Below the pieces are notes generated by a model. That model ran no database searches. It saw nothing but the letters and a program-made list of their open reading frames with translations, and had not been told where the DNA came from. A stretch of 63,533 nucleotides of DNA, the filler included, from Craspedostauros australis (Eukaryota), in NCBI GenBank assembly GCA_030167865.1. It is 11 parts of 11 records of this genome, joined end to end, with 100 filler letters (N's around TTAATTAATTAA, not from the genome) between each part and the next. Parts side by side here need not be neighbours in the genome. Positions count along the whole stretch, not along the records: positions 62,120 to 63,533 come from JALAGF010003643.1; 10 more parts are not named here. The stretch is one strand, 5' to 3'. Shown here piece by piece: positions 62,120-63,533 of the stretch; position 1 is the stretch's first letter; every line of letters starts with the position of its first letter. Made by a program: the position numbers and the translations under genes.

Positions 62120-63533
62120 TCACCAACCCCTTGCGTCGCCCATGCCGGTTGAGTGAGTACGCCGCCGTGCTTCTTCCGTTTTTGAACGATCCATCCGTAC
62201 TCACTACTGCTTCTCCTGCAGCCACTGCCTCCAGCCACTGCTTTTCCGCCCTGCTTAATCGTTTGTCTGATTTCGACTGACTCCGCTGGACCCTGCCGCC
62301 GGTTCCAACCACATGTATCTCCTGGCGTATTTCCCGCACGAACACTGCTCGCCCGCCTTCCGGTGGCTCGCTCGATGCTCGCTGCGTGCGTTGGTATCGC
62401 TCCATGCCCGGAACCATTCCTTCCTTGCTTCTCCATTCAGCCCACTCTCTTGGCCCTTCGCGCGTCCACAGCTTTCTTCCGTTCTCGGCCCGTACCACGC
62501 TGACCTGTTCCAATTCCCACTCCTCACTGTGCCTTGCTGTCTTTGCTATGCGCGTCACAGCCTGTTTCCACAGCGCCCAGTCTTTCTGTGGCACGGGTCC
62601 CTGCCTTGGCCATTGGATGTACTCTCTTCCTCTCCACTTGCTTCCTTCTTCCATTGGATTTCTCGCCACTGCTCGCCGGCTCCTTGCTTCCACCACATCT
62701 GCCACGCTAACCGCCTTCATCACTATTCTGCACCTATTCAGTCGGATCCGTTGCTCCCTGCTATATCCTTCTCTCGTTAGTGCCACCATCAACCATTCAT
62801 CTCTTGCATGGACCGGCCCTGCCGTGTCTGTTTTCTCCTTCAGTCTGATATTGCACTCATGCGTTTCTCGCCAGACCGTCTTGATCCAGCAATCTGTCGC
62901 TAGAAATGCCCACTTATTGAAATCGATCTCAAACGCTGAGCTGCCTACGCCCACTTCAGTTTTCATTGCCTGTATGCTGCCCCTTAGCAACCGGCCTGTC
63001 ATGTTGTCCCTGCTTCCGTGCTCCAATACCATCTTCACGTGTTCCACTACCTGTGTTGTGTGAAGCTCATGCATATTGGCCCCAAGCCACTCATGCGACG
63101 CGTACGCCATTGCTCTGGGGAACCCTTTGTTGAATCCGATTTTTGACATCATCGTTCTCCATACCGGGCGCATCACATTGTCGCATTGCGTTCGCGAGAG
63201 CTGCGCCACCGGCAGAACGTATTCCAATTTCTTCATCAACACGGTTCTCATTGCCACTTCTGCATCCTCTTTCCTCATTCGCCATGCCCGTACCGATTCC
63301 ACCCATTTCTCAGCCTTGTCCTTCAGCGTCGATTCGATCGCAGACCCATTTCCGTCCGGAGCGAGTTTGACGCCGAGTGTCTCAAATGCCTGACTCGCCT
63401 CACTTCTTGGCATCTTCTGCAGCTGCCCGGTCGTCCCACGCATCATCAAGCTTGCCGGGTTCTCGCCATCCTCTGCGTACCTCCATGATCCATCTTCTTC
63501 CCATCTGAAATCGATCGCCCACCACATGCATTT
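62120..63533 (-). mobile_element. Ambal-like non-LTR ORF2 fragment: RT C-terminus/thumb through the start of RNase H; partial at both ends
   Basis: WWAIDFRW, FETLGVKLAPDGN, KKLEYVLP, FPRAMAYA...LG, CWIKTVW, LNRCRI, VVSTDGSFK. Confidence 0.85.

Overview
Eukaryotic nuclear DNA, most consistent with a diatom (inference from GT-AG introns, an apparently plastid-targeted RelA/SpoT homologue, and diatom-type Copia and non-LTR elements). The window is not a continuous locus. It is 11 short contigs joined by artificial ~100-nt linkers (N-run, TTAATTAATTAA, N-run), and several contigs overlap each other by 0.35-1.5 kb of identical sequence. Host genes: FkbM-type methyltransferase, RNI/LRR-like protein, a ~1316-aa COG3899-type AAA ATPase (split over two contigs), ABCG transporter 3' exon, RSH (RelA/SpoT), a secreted PTSAP-repeat surface protein, SPF27/BCAS2, an epsin/ENTH protein, two HSP20 paralogues, an unknown two-exon gene, and a Tmm-like flavin monooxygenase in a 3362-bp tandem unit. 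The rest is a transposon graveyard with six fragments of large APE-RT-RNase H non-LTR (Ambal-like) retrotransposons, a Copia gag split by a ~530-bp TA...TA-ended element with a 5-bp TSD, DNA-transposon remnants and pseudogenes. The most unusual signal is a family of ~800-bp TGT...CA elements. It recurs as 'full copy + inverted 5' fragment' or as tandem pairs joined by GACA-NN-TGTC, has no flanking TSDs, and sits at the truncation points of neighbouring genes and retroelements. All family assignments come from motif recognition only; no database search was run.
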